A stretch of 64,000 bases of DNA from Felis catus (taxonomy: Eukaryota): NCBI RefSeq assembly GCF_018350175.1, contig NC_058368.1:53694001-53758000 (forward strand), written 5' to 3'. A program made the translations under genes and the position numbers. A model generated the notes under the pieces. The model worked only from the letters and a program-made list of their open reading frames with translations. It made no database searches and had not been told where the DNA came from. Positions 12,404 to 25,559 of the stretch are shown here, piece after piece (positions within the stretch are counted from its first letter, which is position 1; every line of letters starts with the position of its first letter).

Positions 12404-12631
12404 GTGCATATTCTCGATGCTATTCTCCTTTGCCTTGAGTTGGGTAAACTGCAACCACTTGGTCCTGAAGAAAGTATCTTAGGGGATTCTAGAAATAATT
12501 TCCCTCAGGAACCTCTGATATTGAGGGGAAAAAATAGAATGCCTCCAGGAAGGCCCATTTCCTCTCCTCAAAATACCTGTCACTCTCTTCTCTGTAATAT
12601 TCTCTGGATTTCACATTTTAAAATATATTCT

Positions 12632-12695
<64 letters not shown>
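12632..12695. repeat. Compound (CT)n(CA)n microsatellite
   Basis: Directly visible. Confidence 0.97.
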
Positions 12696-12696
<1 letters not shown>

Positions 12697-13924
12697 ATCA
12701 AATTAAGCTAGGATTAATAGTATTATGTCACATAAAAGGTCTCTTTTGCCCATACTTTAGATTAATAATAAGACTTCAGTATTATATATTAAATGTAAAT
12801 TTTTAGAGAAAATGGTCAGAATGATTGACTAAGGCCCATCTTTGCAGGCTACATGGTTGTATTGACTGTATAGCAAAACGGTAATAGTTTCTAGGATATA
12901 AACCCTGTGATTCTCACAGAGAATCACCTATCTCACAGGCTTCTCACCTATTTTGTTCTTTGCAGTTTTGCCAGTGCCTTAACAGAGCTTGGAAGCTTAT
13001 AGTTGTTCAATAAATACTTGTTGAATGAGTGAATTGTTAAGAAAATTACTGGAATAAATTGAATGGTTTGTGGGATACAATGTCTAGCTTTTTCCAGCTT
13101 AGAATTGAATTAAATTCAGTTTCATCCAAACACTCTGTTACTCTGACTTCTAATTACGTTCCTTATTTCCCAGGGACTTAGTCTGTGCCTATTCACTCAT
13201 CAGTACTTTGGTGCTGTAACTAGACTAGCAGCCATTTTCTCTTCAACATGCAACAAACCTACCTCTAACCCAAGAAAGAATTCTTTCATAGTTTCCTCAC
13301 TCTTGAGTGCTCTAAGGCATTGTGAGTTTTTGCTGTCTACTTGAACAATTGATAGTAGTCCTTTGAAGTAGAGCTTTGAACGAGAGATAAGAAATAGTAA
13401 TCTAACCATAGCCTATGCTGATAGCCAACAGGACCATCTTGCTATTCAGGCCATTGGAGATTATCAGTCTCACTCAAAATTATGTTGAAGCCATAGAATA
13501 TATTTCTAATTCTCAACTTCTCTCCCTCTCCTTCCTTGGGTGTTCTTTACTTTTGTTAAGTTGTGCCGGCAGGATAGAAATATAAATGAGAGTGGTATTC
13601 TGTATCAACCCTCCTTCTCATGGGCAGCATGGCCTGAAATGAAGTAAGGCCAGAGTGTAAGTGTATGTGCCTTTCTTTCTGATGAAACCACTTCAAACAA
13701 GAATCTCACAACAGATATGTTCTTTTTAAAAAGTGTCAATAGCAAATATTGGGAGTTTTGTTTTGTTTTGTTTCCCTTGAGTGGGAGGGACATTTGACAA
13801 AAGGCACTGTTGTCCATCCTAAGACAGATATTGTGCCACCTACCAACGCCAACCAGATCTGGGAGGGGACAGATCCAGTGACTCTGAGCATCTATTCTTG
13901 CATTCTTATGCTTTAAAGAGTCTT

Positions 13925-14141
13925 GGGGCGCCTGGGTGGCTCAGTCGGTTAAGCGTCCGACTTCGGCTCAGGTCATGATCTTGCGGTTCGTGAGTTGAAG
14001 CCCCATGTCAGGCTCTGTGCTGACAGCTCAGAGCCTGGAGCCTGTTTCAGATTCCGTGTCTCCCTCTCTCTCTCTGACCCTCCCCCGTTCATGCTCTGTC
14101 TCTCTCTGTCTCAAAAATAAATAAACGTTAAAAAAAAAAAT
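13925..14141 (+). mobile_element. SINEC_Fc
   Basis: Canonical head GGGGCGCCTGGGTGGCTCAGTCGGTTAAGCGTCCGACT; TSD AGAGTCTT. Confidence 0.96.
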
Positions 14142-16405
14142 AGAGTCTTGAGACAAATTCTCAGAAATGGGCTAACCAGCCAGAGGAAAGTTTGTTACTC
14201 CTAAAAGATTTAACCACTCCTCTACTCTCCCCTCATTTGGTCTTTACATTGTCCAAGAGAAAACTAGTCAAAGGGCTCATTTAGAAACATTCTCATTCTG
14301 TCGAGACTGGTTCAAACATTTTCCCAAAACTTCTTTCTAGACCAATCTGGTTTTTCTGCCAAGAAACTTACTTTCACTGCTACTAGGTTTCCTGGGATTT
14401 GGACATGAGCTGTTGATGGCTTTCTGTGGTTTTCTCTCTCTTTTTGTCTCCATGTTGAGGTTACTCACCTTAATAAATCTAAGTTATCTCACTCTGTGAA
14501 ACTTCTTGGTCCTCATTGTTGAAAAGCAGAGCCAGAGGGCAAGGCAGCTCCTGTCACATCACTGTGCCAGAGGTGTGGGGCACACCCAGTGGCTCCCTCC
14601 AGTTCCCCCTGTGCCCACAGGGTATTGCAGCAGGTTCCTGAAGCCAGGCAAGGTATTGTCATGAGGATTACACTGATTAGCTCTAAGTCAGTTAAGTAAC
14701 AGGAGCCCTTTCAATGGTGTCCTAGGATTCTGTCAGGTTGACTATTCAAACTCTGGTTTTTGGGATCCCCTCCAGCATTCCTTAATGTAATCCAGGCACG
14801 TTATTGCAGGTTTTATTTGAGAAGGGGCTACTTACTTGTCACTTAGAATGTTTTCAGTTTTAAGTCAAAACCTTCTTAACCAAGGGGGAAAAAAAAGAAG
14901 AAGAAAGCAAAAGAAATGAGAGAATATGGTATAAAGTGGAGGTGGTTTGGGGGCCAGGCAGAAAAGCACAGAACAAAATGCAGAGGTGTATCAGATGCCA
15001 AACCTGCATTAAGTGCACGTGTGCTCTGGGGAATGTGGTTTCTGTTTTGTTTTACATAGTAACCGTAATAATTTTGTGCTGTTTAGGGTTTTGCTTTTTC
15101 AGGGAACTACTAAGATCCATGAAGTCAAAAGCAAAGGAATACAGGAAGAGTGCAAGTCTGAGCTGCTCCTTACAGGGCTTGGGTATGTGCTTCTGTATTC
15201 CATCCCTCACCTGGAGGGAGCGCTGTAGGCTACTGGTGGATACCCAGTTCACACCTTATGTGTTCGGACTGGATGCTGTTAGGAAGAGAGACAAATTCCT
15301 GGGCGCCAGGGCAGAGGCAGTGGTTCTAAGTGAGTCAACTGTTATTGCTCCTGGAAGGACAAGATTCAGCAGCTTTTTGGAGGTGTTCAAAAAGGGATAA
15401 AGGCAGAAGGAGATGAGGTTTTAAAAACCAGCCATCGCACAGCGTCTTTTAAGGAAATATGAATTGTTGAGTTTCGGCAGAATTTTGGTGGGCTTCCCCT
15501 TTGTGTATACATTCTTCTGTACATTTTTTTAAAGTGTCTACCTAGCTTGGTGCCTGACATGTTATCATAATTATCTAATAAATGGGATTTTTATTTCTCT
15601 TTTCCTGTAGCTTAAAGGCCTTCTCATAAGAATTGAAGTCTAAAATAAATCAATTTGTGAATATTTAAAAAAACTGAAGCACTTGGAAGAATGCATCTCT
15701 CCCACTATATTTATTTTCTTGGATAGCTAATCTTTGCAGTTAAAAATGTCATTAGAATAAAACATAGATACTACCTTTGCTTTGTAGTGCCTAGTTAGCC
15801 CTGGTGAATTATTAGCTGAATAAGATTGTTGAAAACAATCTTGGAGATAGTGAGAGGCAAGAATATCTGTAAACCTCCATTGGTCCAAGTTACACATCCC
15901 TGCTCCTAAAATTATCATTCATTCTGAATTCTCTCAAATGACCCTAAAATAGATAATCTATCTCTGATGCTATTTATTGTGACTGTTTTCATTCTCTCTG
16001 AGTGTGACTTTCTAGCACTTAAAAATAAGAACCCTTTTCTGCACACTCTCTTCAGGACTTCCTGCCGGTTAGAGACTTTCGCTCTCCTCCCCCGCTCCTC
16101 CCTTCTGGCTTCTCCTAGCTGTCGGAGCTGTCTCATGATGCTGCCAGCTTCTACTTACTCCCTGGAGAAGTGGCTTCATCTCCAGGTTGGGATAGGGTAG
16201 GGGGTTGCAGGTGTGCAGCTATATTTTGTCTGAGACAGAGACAGTATGGCCCCACGTCCACATCTATGTAGTTTTCCTCACAAGTAGTTGTTAAGTTGTT
16301 AATTCAGTTTTTGAAAGCCAGGTTTTGAAAGAAAAGGAGAAAAAGCAATGCTCTGGCTGAAAGACTCAAGAGTAGGGAGCATGAGTGGTTGCTATGAGCT
16401 TTGAA

Positions 16406-16420
16406 ACACGCACGCACGCG

Positions 16421-16468
<48 letters not shown>
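16406..16468. repeat. (CACG)/(CG)/(CA)n alternating purine-pyrimidine tract
   Basis: 63 bp of strict RY alternation including CGCGTGCGCG. Confidence 0.95.
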
Positions 16469-16470
<2 letters not shown>

Positions 16471-17971
16471 TACATGGACAAAAGGATAAATTGAAAAAGA
16501 ATGCATCAACCCCTGCTTGGTTTAACAGTACAGTCAGCCCCACAGATGAGGAAGTGTTGCTTTGTTCCAAGCTAAAGCCCTGTTTTCTTGTTCATTGTCT
16601 TTCAGGGTAAAACGGGAGGGGGGGAATTCACCTGTCTGATGCAAAGTTAAACTGCTGGCTTTAATGTGACTGCATGGGAACTTGGGTTTATTAATGAATA
16701 CAACATACCCTCTTTGATTTGAAAGCTTTCACCCTGCTGAAAAGATTCAAAAGGCATCGCTTCCTGCACCAGCGGCATTCCTTTATCCGTCTCAGTGGTT
16801 CACCCCTACCCAGCTGCTATATCTCATTAACAAGCATTTGACCACTGCAGCCGGCCTGGGAGTGTTGACACTTGAAAGGCCCAGGCAGGCGTGGGCAGGC
16901 CATCAGCTATGGCAACAGGAAACTGCCCCGGAGACAACACTGAGAAAACAGCAGCTGCAAAAGCCAAAGTCAGAACAGACATAAAGGGTTGCCTATACCC
17001 ACGTCAGTCTGGGGTATCGGTGCGTGCCTGTGGGTCTGAAGTCACACATCCATTTACTATATTTATGGGACGTATGGGTCGCTATCAACATGTATCAGAA
17101 TCTGGACTTGTTGACAACCCAGAATAATGTTTTTGACTTACAGTGTTCTCAAATCCTTAGGTGTCAAAAATCTTAGTCTCCTTCTAATCTACGTCTTATG
17201 CACATAAGAACGTTCACTAGAGGCTTGGACTTGATATACACATGCACTCTGGTGGAAGTCATATGTACAATCAAAAGCATATATACCTGAATCCTGGTCC
17301 ATTTTTCAGGCTACCACATTATTTTTCAAAAACAACTCAACTTGTAAAACTGTCATATAAATATGTAAGATTTCTCTGAAAGTCTTTGGCTCAGGAATCA
17401 AACTGTGGTAATTTTGTGTAGAAGGTCTAAGGATTAAACAGTCATTTCAGTGGTGTAAAGATAGCTCATAAAGTGAAGTGGGACAATCCATATATATTAT
17501 TGATTATACTAACTTAAATACCTATTTTAATAAAATTTATTTAGTATTCATTTAATTGTAGACAGTGCAGTTCCATATCCCTGAATCTGGCTGTGAGTGT
17601 TGTTTCCATAGTCTTTAGGGGAGCTCAAAGTACCGATACCAATTAGACTATCTCATGCAATGTTTGGAGCAAGTATTTCTCCAAATCTTGTGTGTCCATG
17701 TTCAAGCCTATAAAAGCATTTTGAGAGGATAGGTAGGCAGTAGTTCAAAATCAAAGTTTTTCATCCATAAGGAAAATGACCCTTTCCAAAACAGGAAAAA
17801 GAGGTCACTCCGTATTGGGGGGGCGGGGGGGGGAAGAAAGCTAAATGAAAAAGGACACTAATGCAACGTTATAATTGAAATTGGTTGTCGCTCAAATAGT
17901 GGTGTATTATTTTCCTGTCATCATTAGTACAATAGACTGTTAGTAATTATTACACTGACATGTATTAATAC

Positions 17972-18199
17972 TTTTTTTTTTTAATTTTTTTTTCAACGTT
18001 TTTATTTATTTTTGGGACAGAGAGAGACAGAGCATGAATGAGGGAGGGGCAGAGAGAGAGGGAGACACAGAATCGGAAACAGGCTCCAGGCTCTGAGCCA
18101 TCAGCCCAGAGCCCGACGCGGGGCTCGAACTCACGGACCGCGAGATCGTGACCTGAGCTGAAGTCGGACGCTTAACCGACTGCGCCACCCAGGCGCCCC
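17972..18199 (-). mobile_element. Very young SINEC_Fc
   Basis: Essentially all CpGs retained (GGTGGCGCAGTCGG..CTCGCGGTCCG..CCCGCGTCGGG); TSD AATACTTT. Confidence 0.97.
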
Positions 18200-18589
18200 A
18201 ATACTTTATTTTTTTAATAACTTAGATTTACTTCCATTATCACATTATTTACGTATCGCTCATAAAAACTACCCCAACTTATTTACATCGTTACTCTAAA
18301 ATGATTAATTAGATAAAAAACATGTGAACTTAATTAACATTGCTGATTAACTTTATTTTCATTGTTAGAAAATGTTTCTTGAGTACAGTGAGTTTTCCAA
18401 CTCTACCTTCATCTACCTGTTTCTTTCACCTTTTATATCTCAGGGAAGAAAAAAAGGTACCAACTGCCCCTGGAAATTTACGTCCTTGGCAATATGGTAG
18501 ATTTAGAAGTATCTTCCTGATGGTTATTAAGATTTCCATTTGACTTCAGTTTTTTCATGGTAGTCACACTGGGTTACATTCATGTTTAA

Positions 18590-18840
18590 TAGGCAGGAGA
18601 TACCCAGGTTCTGGAAACAGACATCATGGGAGCAACTCCCAGTTCTGCCACCTAGCGGCAAGGCAGACCTTAAGTAACTTAAATTTTCTGTGCCACACTT
18701 AGACTCCTACTTTGTTAAATAGGACTAAGATTAATAGTACTTAATTCACAGGATATTGTAAGCATCAAATAAGTGTGCATCCATATATACAGTGCCTATC
18801 ACATACTAAGTACTCAGTAAATGTAAACTATTATTATTAA
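18590..18840 (+). mobile_element. MIR
   Basis: ..CCCAGTTCTGCCAC..GACCTTAAGTAACTTAA..CTGTGCC..AGTGCCT..CACATACTAAGTACTCAGTAAATG..TATTATTATT, MIR core and tail. Confidence 0.75.
18643..18661 (-). promoter_or_regulatory. Candidate CTCF-binding motif
   Basis: Minus strand TTGCCGCTAGGTGGCAGAA fits the CTCF core CC(A/G)(C/G)(C/T)AG(G/A)(G/T)GGC(A/G); motif match only. Confidence 0.5.
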
Positions 18841-20024
18841 CATCAACCCTTTCCCCACCATTTCACCCTTTCTCTCTCTACCCTGTGATATATTTCCATA
18901 GAAATGATTGTAGTTTATACTGTCATAGGTGTGTTGACTTGTTTATTTTATAATAAAATCCCTCCCTGTCTTCTCCTACTCTACGATATATATTCATGAA
19001 TATAAGCTCCATGAAATAACGCTCTATGAACTAATGGATGTTACCTGTCTTATTTATAATTGATTCCCTTGAGCCTAGTATACTGTAGGCATATACTAAC
19101 TGCTCAATAGATTTGTTGGATCTTTAATACTGAATGAATGAATTTTCATAGCTCTAGGCTCAGAGGTAAAAAAAAAATAATAATAAAAAATAACCAAGAA
19201 TGAGTTTTATAAATTAATCCCAAAATGGAAAAATGCCTGATGTATACAGTTCTGGGGACAGGATGAATACTATTTCAATGCATGTCTCTATTCTTCTATA
19301 TCATAAAATTGATGCCAGTGTCCTGGAAAACACCTTGATAATGTTGCCATATTCAATTCTACTGGGCTGATGACTCAGAGTTCCTATCCTGTTTAACTTC
19401 TATTCTAATCTTATCCAAAGAATAGATTGTTTATATATAGGGGCCATAGTTAAATGTTGTGTAATATACAACATTCTTAATGCAAATTGACATGATTTCA
19501 AAGTGTTTTTTGGAGTTTTTGTGAGTTGAACTTTTAGTTTTTGGTAAAATGTCTTTTTCTAGTAGAGAATCGGAGGATTTGAGGGTAGGGGAGACTATGG
19601 CACTAAAAAGGAGAAAATGTAACTGACACTTTAAGGACCGTGGGGATGAAGTAGGGGCTTCAGCAGTAAGGTTGAGGCTAATCTCAAAGCCTTAACCACA
19701 GGGAGGCCCAAAGGTGATAACCTCAACCCTGCAAATTTTGGGCTTCAGTCTGCCTCTCTAAAATTTGCCTTACACTTCACCTCTTCACTTCCTCTTTCCC
19801 TTCTTCATATCCATTTATTCCTTAACCCTTATCATTACTAACAAGTTATATAGTTGACTTTCTTATGTAATTATTACCTGTCTCTGGAACTGAAGCTTTT
19901 TAAGAAGAGGATTTTTGTTGGTATTGGTTGCTATTATATTCCTGGCATATGAAATAGGTTATGGCACATAGTAAATGCTTTTTTAAAAAATGTATTAATT
20001 ATGGAAGTTGTGGTTTCCCAAGAT

Positions 20025-20504
20025 GGGGTAGATTGCAAACGTGGCCCCAATTAGTGGTTTCCCTGTATCCATCCCCTTTGTAATATGATTTTGTAGCAAC
20101 TCCTGTTAATATTTTGAATCTGTTTTCCCACTATTTGAATTTGGGCTCTATTTGTTTTGGTTAATAGATTGGAACAAATATGACATTGTGCTTTTCCTAG
20201 TCTAGACCATAAAAGGCCATGTATACATCTAGAAATTATTTTCAAACTCTGTCTCTACCATGGAGACAAGTCTAGAAAGGTAGCAGAAATGACTTAGCTA
20301 AGGTCATCCCAGAGTAACCAGTCCCAGCCAACCCACCACTGATGACAAATGCAGGAGCAGGCCCAGCCAAAATTAGCCAACTTGACCTAAATCGGCAGAA
20401 CTACTAGTAAACTCAGACTCATAAACATGAAAATATTGATATACACACTGAAAATTTGTGGTTGCTTATTATGGAGCATTGTTGTAGTAATAGCTAACTG
20501 ATAT
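20025..20504 (+). mobile_element. Old MaLR LTR (MLT1F/H-like)
   Basis: Starts ..GGTAGATTGCAAACGTGGCCCCAATT and ends ..GTAATAGCTAACTGATATA, typical MLT1 termini. Confidence 0.7.
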
Positions 20505-20699
20505 ATAAAATCACTCAGCTACTGAATAGTAGGAGGTAAGATTTGAACCTGCATTCTGTCTCCAGAGTCTGTATTCTCGACTACTATGTAAGTTCTACCA
20601 TTAGCACATTCACAGTCTAGTAGAAAAAGCAAAATCGAAGCAAATGAAGTACATTGTGATAACTGAAATAATATAAGCACCATTTGGGAATATTGAGAG

Positions 20700-21370
20700 A
20701 AGAAAGTACTTAATTTTGCCTGGAGTGGAGAAAGCATAGGAAATTTGATGATCAAATACAATATTACAGGTGAATTATCATCAGAGTTGAATTTCAGTAG
20801 AGCTATCCAGGTAGACAGGAAAGAAAAGGACTTTGGGAAGAGACCGTAACAAATAACCTCGTAGCTTGTTTGGAAAAAGTTAGGAGGCTCAGTGTTGCTG
20901 AAGGGTAGAGTGTGAAATTAGGAAACACCAGACTTGAGTTTGGAGAGGTAGATAGTGTGGCCTGATTATTAAATGTAATACTGAGGAGTTTGAGTTGTAT
21001 TCTATGCAAAAGGATATCATTACTCTCCTGGAAAAAGAGTTTGCAAAAATCAGTCTGGCTGCAATATGGTAAGTGCATTTGGAGGTGGCTATGATTTTTT
21101 TTTAAATGCTTATGTATTTTGAGAGAGAGTGAGTGTGCATGCATAAGTGGGTGGGAAGGGACAGACAGACAGACACACACACATACGCACACTCACGCAC
21201 ACACACACAGAATCTCAAGCAGGATCCATGCTGTCAGCATACAGCCCAACGCAGGGCTCAGTCCCACAAACTGTGAGATCATGACCTGAGCTGAGATCAA
21301 GAGTCAGACACTTAACTGAGCCACCCAGGTACCCCTCGAGATGGCTATGATTGAAATGAGGTGGAGACTC
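20700..21370 (-). mobile_element. L2 fragment, interrupted by a SINE
   Basis: Purine-rich degenerate L2-like sequence (..GGAGTTTGAGTTGTATTCT..CAGTCTGGCTGCAATATGG..). Confidence 0.5.
21097..21335 (-). mobile_element. CAN-SINE with internal (CA)-type expansion
   Basis: Reverse SINE; TSD GAG(G/A)TGGCTATGATT at 21082-21096 and 21338-21352. Confidence 0.9.
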
Positions 21371-22271
21371 CAGTGGCCATTAAAATACAGAGTTCTGAAA
21401 ATACAGAATGATGGTGATAGTGGAAGATGGAGGTGAGAGAACACTACTCCCTGGGGAGAGAGTACAGAAAGAAAGGCTTTGAGAAGAAGTGAATTTGAAT
21501 AGGTCCTTGAAGAATAGATAGACTAAAACAGTAGAAACAGAGATGAGATATTCTAGGCTCAAGAAATGGCACAGATGAGGCCACATAAGTAGGGAATTAA
21601 CAGATTATTCTCAGAAAGGAATATTACCTGTCTTGTAGGTAGATAAATTCACCTGAAGCCTAGCATCCAGAGTTGATTACTATTGAGAACTGAGGAAGGA
21701 TATATAGAGTCATAAAACCCCAGAATGTTAGAGCTGAAAGAGATTTCACAAATTGAGTTGGAGCTATAATATTTAAGGTCTTGAAAGCCAGGCTAAAGCG
21801 GTTTCAATTAATTTAATGGTCCTTTGTAGTCACTGCTAATTTTTGAGTTACTGTGAGCAAGTATTTTGTAGTATTGAGGGAGGGGAGATTAGGACCAAAG
21901 GTATTTCTAGTGGATGGGAAAGTAAATGGGTTTGGAACAGCTTGATACACATGAACTTATGGGGAATGACACAGGATTCTGTTAGCAAGTTGAGTTTATA
22001 ATATTGAATCTTATTGGCTTTCTTTAACAGAAATAATAATGCCAGAGAAAAACTGGTCTGAGAGAGAGGAGTCTCTCTTGTTGAGTCTAAGTTCTAGAAG
22101 GACTTTCAAATAGACATGTAGCCCTGAAATGGAACTGCCTACAGCTTGGAAGAGAGTGCAGAGCTGGAGAGGAATTTGGTAGACATTTGTATTGATGTGG
22201 TATTTTGATGATACAGAAATAGGTACTATCAATATTATAGAAGGAGGGAGGGGAAAAGGCAAGATCCAAAG

Positions 22272-22413
22272 AAGGCAACCATATAAATTATCCTTGAAAA
22301 TGGAGCACTTTTGAGAGTGAAAGGCAGTGGTGCTAATAATTCTAATAATTATTGACAAGACAACAGACTATACACCAAGATGTTCCTGAGCCAACCTGGA
22401 TGTGTAGACACTT
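22272..22413. mobile_element. MER94-like hAT-Blackjack MITE remnant
   Basis: AGGCAACCATATAAATTATC..GCACTTTTGAGAGTGAAAGG..GACAACAG..GGATGTGTAGACACTTT resembles the recalled MER94 consensus. Confidence 0.65.
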
Positions 22414-25400
22414 TACAGGAGAGGGCAGGCTGTAAAGACTTTGGGGTTGGACATTGACACAGAGGAAACCCAAGAATGGCTGGAGGAAAGATACTAGAGT
22501 AAGGAGGGGTTGCCTACAGAGTCCATTTGGAATGGGGAGACCTGAGTAACCAGGAAGGATCTATTGAACTATCTGAGGAACAGTGGGTCCTAAGGAAAGC
22601 CAGTATCGCCACAGCTACAGAATATTTAAAAACTTCTATCCGCAAAATAGCATCTGTTTTTGAGGGGTTAAAATTGGCTATCCCTCCACTCTGCCACCTA
22701 CATTTCTCTTGTGCTAGGAAGTGTGTTGTACTCTGAAACACCACTAGCCACCTCCTCAGCATGTCCCAAGACAGTTTTACAGCTCCAAACGGAATGCAGA
22801 TGAATGGCTGCCTGTTTCCATTTTATGCTTTGGATTTACAGGTGCAGGTTGTATAGCTTCTCATCGTTACTTAACTTGGAAAACATTTTAAAAGCTTCCA
22901 GCATGTCAAGCTCTGTGATGTTGGATAAAATTGGATTTTGAGTCTGTTGTGCGCCTTTAATATTTCCTGTGCTGAGAAAATTATAATGATAAAGCCAAAC
23001 AAAACACCTGCCCTGCATGAAATGTCTTCTGAGTTTCATTTGGTGATGTTTGAATTGGGACGAGGAAATTGCTTTAAGTGTAAATTGTCATGAAAATATT
23101 AATTCTTAAGTTGATTTAGGGATGTTGTGGTGTACATGCTCAGCGCTTCGGAAGGTGAACCCAACTCTTTGGGTGGTAGCTTTTAAACCAGAAGTGCTGC
23201 TGAGGCAGGGGCACCTTGACCCTGGAGAGATCCTTTTTGGCCAAGGTGGTAAATTGCCTTGACCTGGGACAGCTGTGAAGCAGTGAAGAAAATTTTCCTT
23301 GAAGCCCCTGTGTGGCTCTGCTTCTTGCCAGTTGTCCTGATTGGGTGATGAATCCCACTCACTCAGACAGAATACTCCAGGCAGACAAAATAGTCACTTT
23401 CTACTTTCCTCCAGTTCCTTGTTACTATAAGTTCTTCTGATCTTTTTGTCCTAGCTTATATCTATTAAGAATCTGCTGAACCAAATTTGCAAAACTGAGT
23501 GTGCTTGAATGTAAAGCCTTTGTGCACTGGCCAATGGAGGGCTAAATCCTGTTAAAAGGTACATAGTAGTTTATGATGTTCGTGATATATCATAGATTTG
23601 TTGGAGGGTGGGTGTAGACTTCTTTTTTTAAGCAAAACACTATCAAAAATAATTTTCTGCAAAGTAATAATTGTCTGAGGTTTCCAATAACCAGTGGAAT
23701 TCCAAAGAAGCTCTTGGAATAGATTGAAGTAAGTTAGCATTTTCCTGTTTGGTTGTAAAGGCATATAATCACAGGTATTTTAAAGCTCATGTAATCATGT
23801 GTCAAATGAGGAAATGGAGGTCTAGAGACAATGGAACTAACCCATGCCCGCACATTCCTGGTGGCCCAGTCAGACCCAGAACCCAGTGGCTGGCATCCCA
23901 GCTCCATGCTTTCCCCACAGCGTGACCAGCATGACAGGTGTCTCATGATCAGAAAACCAGAGCACTTCAGAGAGCGGTTGCCTGACACCACGGGTGATAT
24001 GTGAGCCAGCTGCATGGCATATGCTTTGTATTCCTTGGAGAAAATTTCAGAAGTTCAACTGCTTGTAGACGTAGGGCGCATTTTTGGATGCATAGGTCAT
24101 TCCGAAGTGGCAAAGATGGTCTTTAGGGTCACAGACCTGGCTTCAACACCTGCAATCTGTGCAGGTGACAAGTGGATCTTTGATGAAAGGTAGACATTTA
24201 TGGGAAAGGAAGAATGTAAATTGTTCACCATGCAAATATTTGCTTGAATTGTGTGTCCTTAGCAAGGGAAGTATTTTAAGCAGGAGCTCTAGCTTCTGTG
24301 GTGTGAATTCCCTTGTAGTCTGATCAGTCTCGTTCTGGTCCCTTAAAAATACTGTGCAATACCATCTCATAGTATTCAACTGAGGCTGCCTACTTGTTAC
24401 GTATGTGTCCTGTGGCCATGCTTTCTAACCTTAAGTTGGGACACAGAGTCCGATCTGCCTCAATAGACTGATGTGACCTATGAAAAAGGATATTTAAAGC
24501 TGTGCTGTCCAGAGAACTCTGCAATGGATGATCACCTTGCCTTATGTACTTTTAAAGAAAGGTTCACAAGAGAAAACTGGAATGGCCTTTGGGGAATTCT
24601 GTGAAAAGACTTTAAAAAGTGATGGGCTCCAATTCTGCTTCTATTCACAAATAAAGACGATACCCAAGGTATCCCAAGGAGGCCTCTATTGTGAGCCTAC
24701 GGTATTCCTATTATTAAGTTAGAGTCATTTTAGCTGTGACAGTGCAGAAATTGTAAGTGTGCAATTTGTGTTCACATTATTTGGACAGTTAAATAGGAAC
24801 TATGGAGGCTCCAATTCTAATTAAGGAATGGCATCAGAGGTGTTGGTAACTCTATTGTGTGAAATAAATAACCTGAGTTAATATTTAGCTCTAACATAAT
24901 ATTTGGACTAATTTTCCCTCTTGAGTTTCACTGGGTAGAACAAGGTATTGTCATGATATGCAGAGAAATACACCCATGCTCCTTTTTCTCTTGGTGCTAT
25001 GGCCGTGTGAGCTTTGGGAAGGAAATTTTTGGCTCACAATCATTGGCTAGAGTGCTGTTTTCTATGGCACTATGCTACACCCCTTTACGAAACATCAAAA
25101 TACATTAGTATAATTTGGGATGTGCTCTGCGGAGTAGAGCTTAAAAGCTTCTTTCCTTGGATAAATTCCTAATGGAAAATTCCTAAATATTCTATGGAAC
25201 TGAAGCAATGATACTCCACTTCATTGCAAAGGATTTGAATATAACTGTAAGGTTGCTAGTTAAGTATAATAATTTTGTCTAGGATTGCTCAGTCATATGG
25301 AAATGAACAAGGGTATTTTCATTACTCCTGTCTCATTCTGTTCTTGACCGCAATCCATTCTACAGAATCAAAGGCCCCCATCCCCACCTTTTCTATTTTA

Positions 25401-25559
25401 TAGTCTATGTATACAGGATCATTAACAATTTGCCCGAGCAATTTAATATGATTGAAGTAACTCCCAGAAGAGGAGGAAGCTGTAAGTGAAATCCTACTGC
25501 TCCAACAAAAATAGTGTTAAGCCTTCCAGTGAAATCTCCTGAAATGACAATGTGCTCCC

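Noticed and set aside
14936..15400. 154-aa ORF in unique sequence
   Set aside because: Non-ATG start, no recognisable homology, and composition typical of a random ORF.
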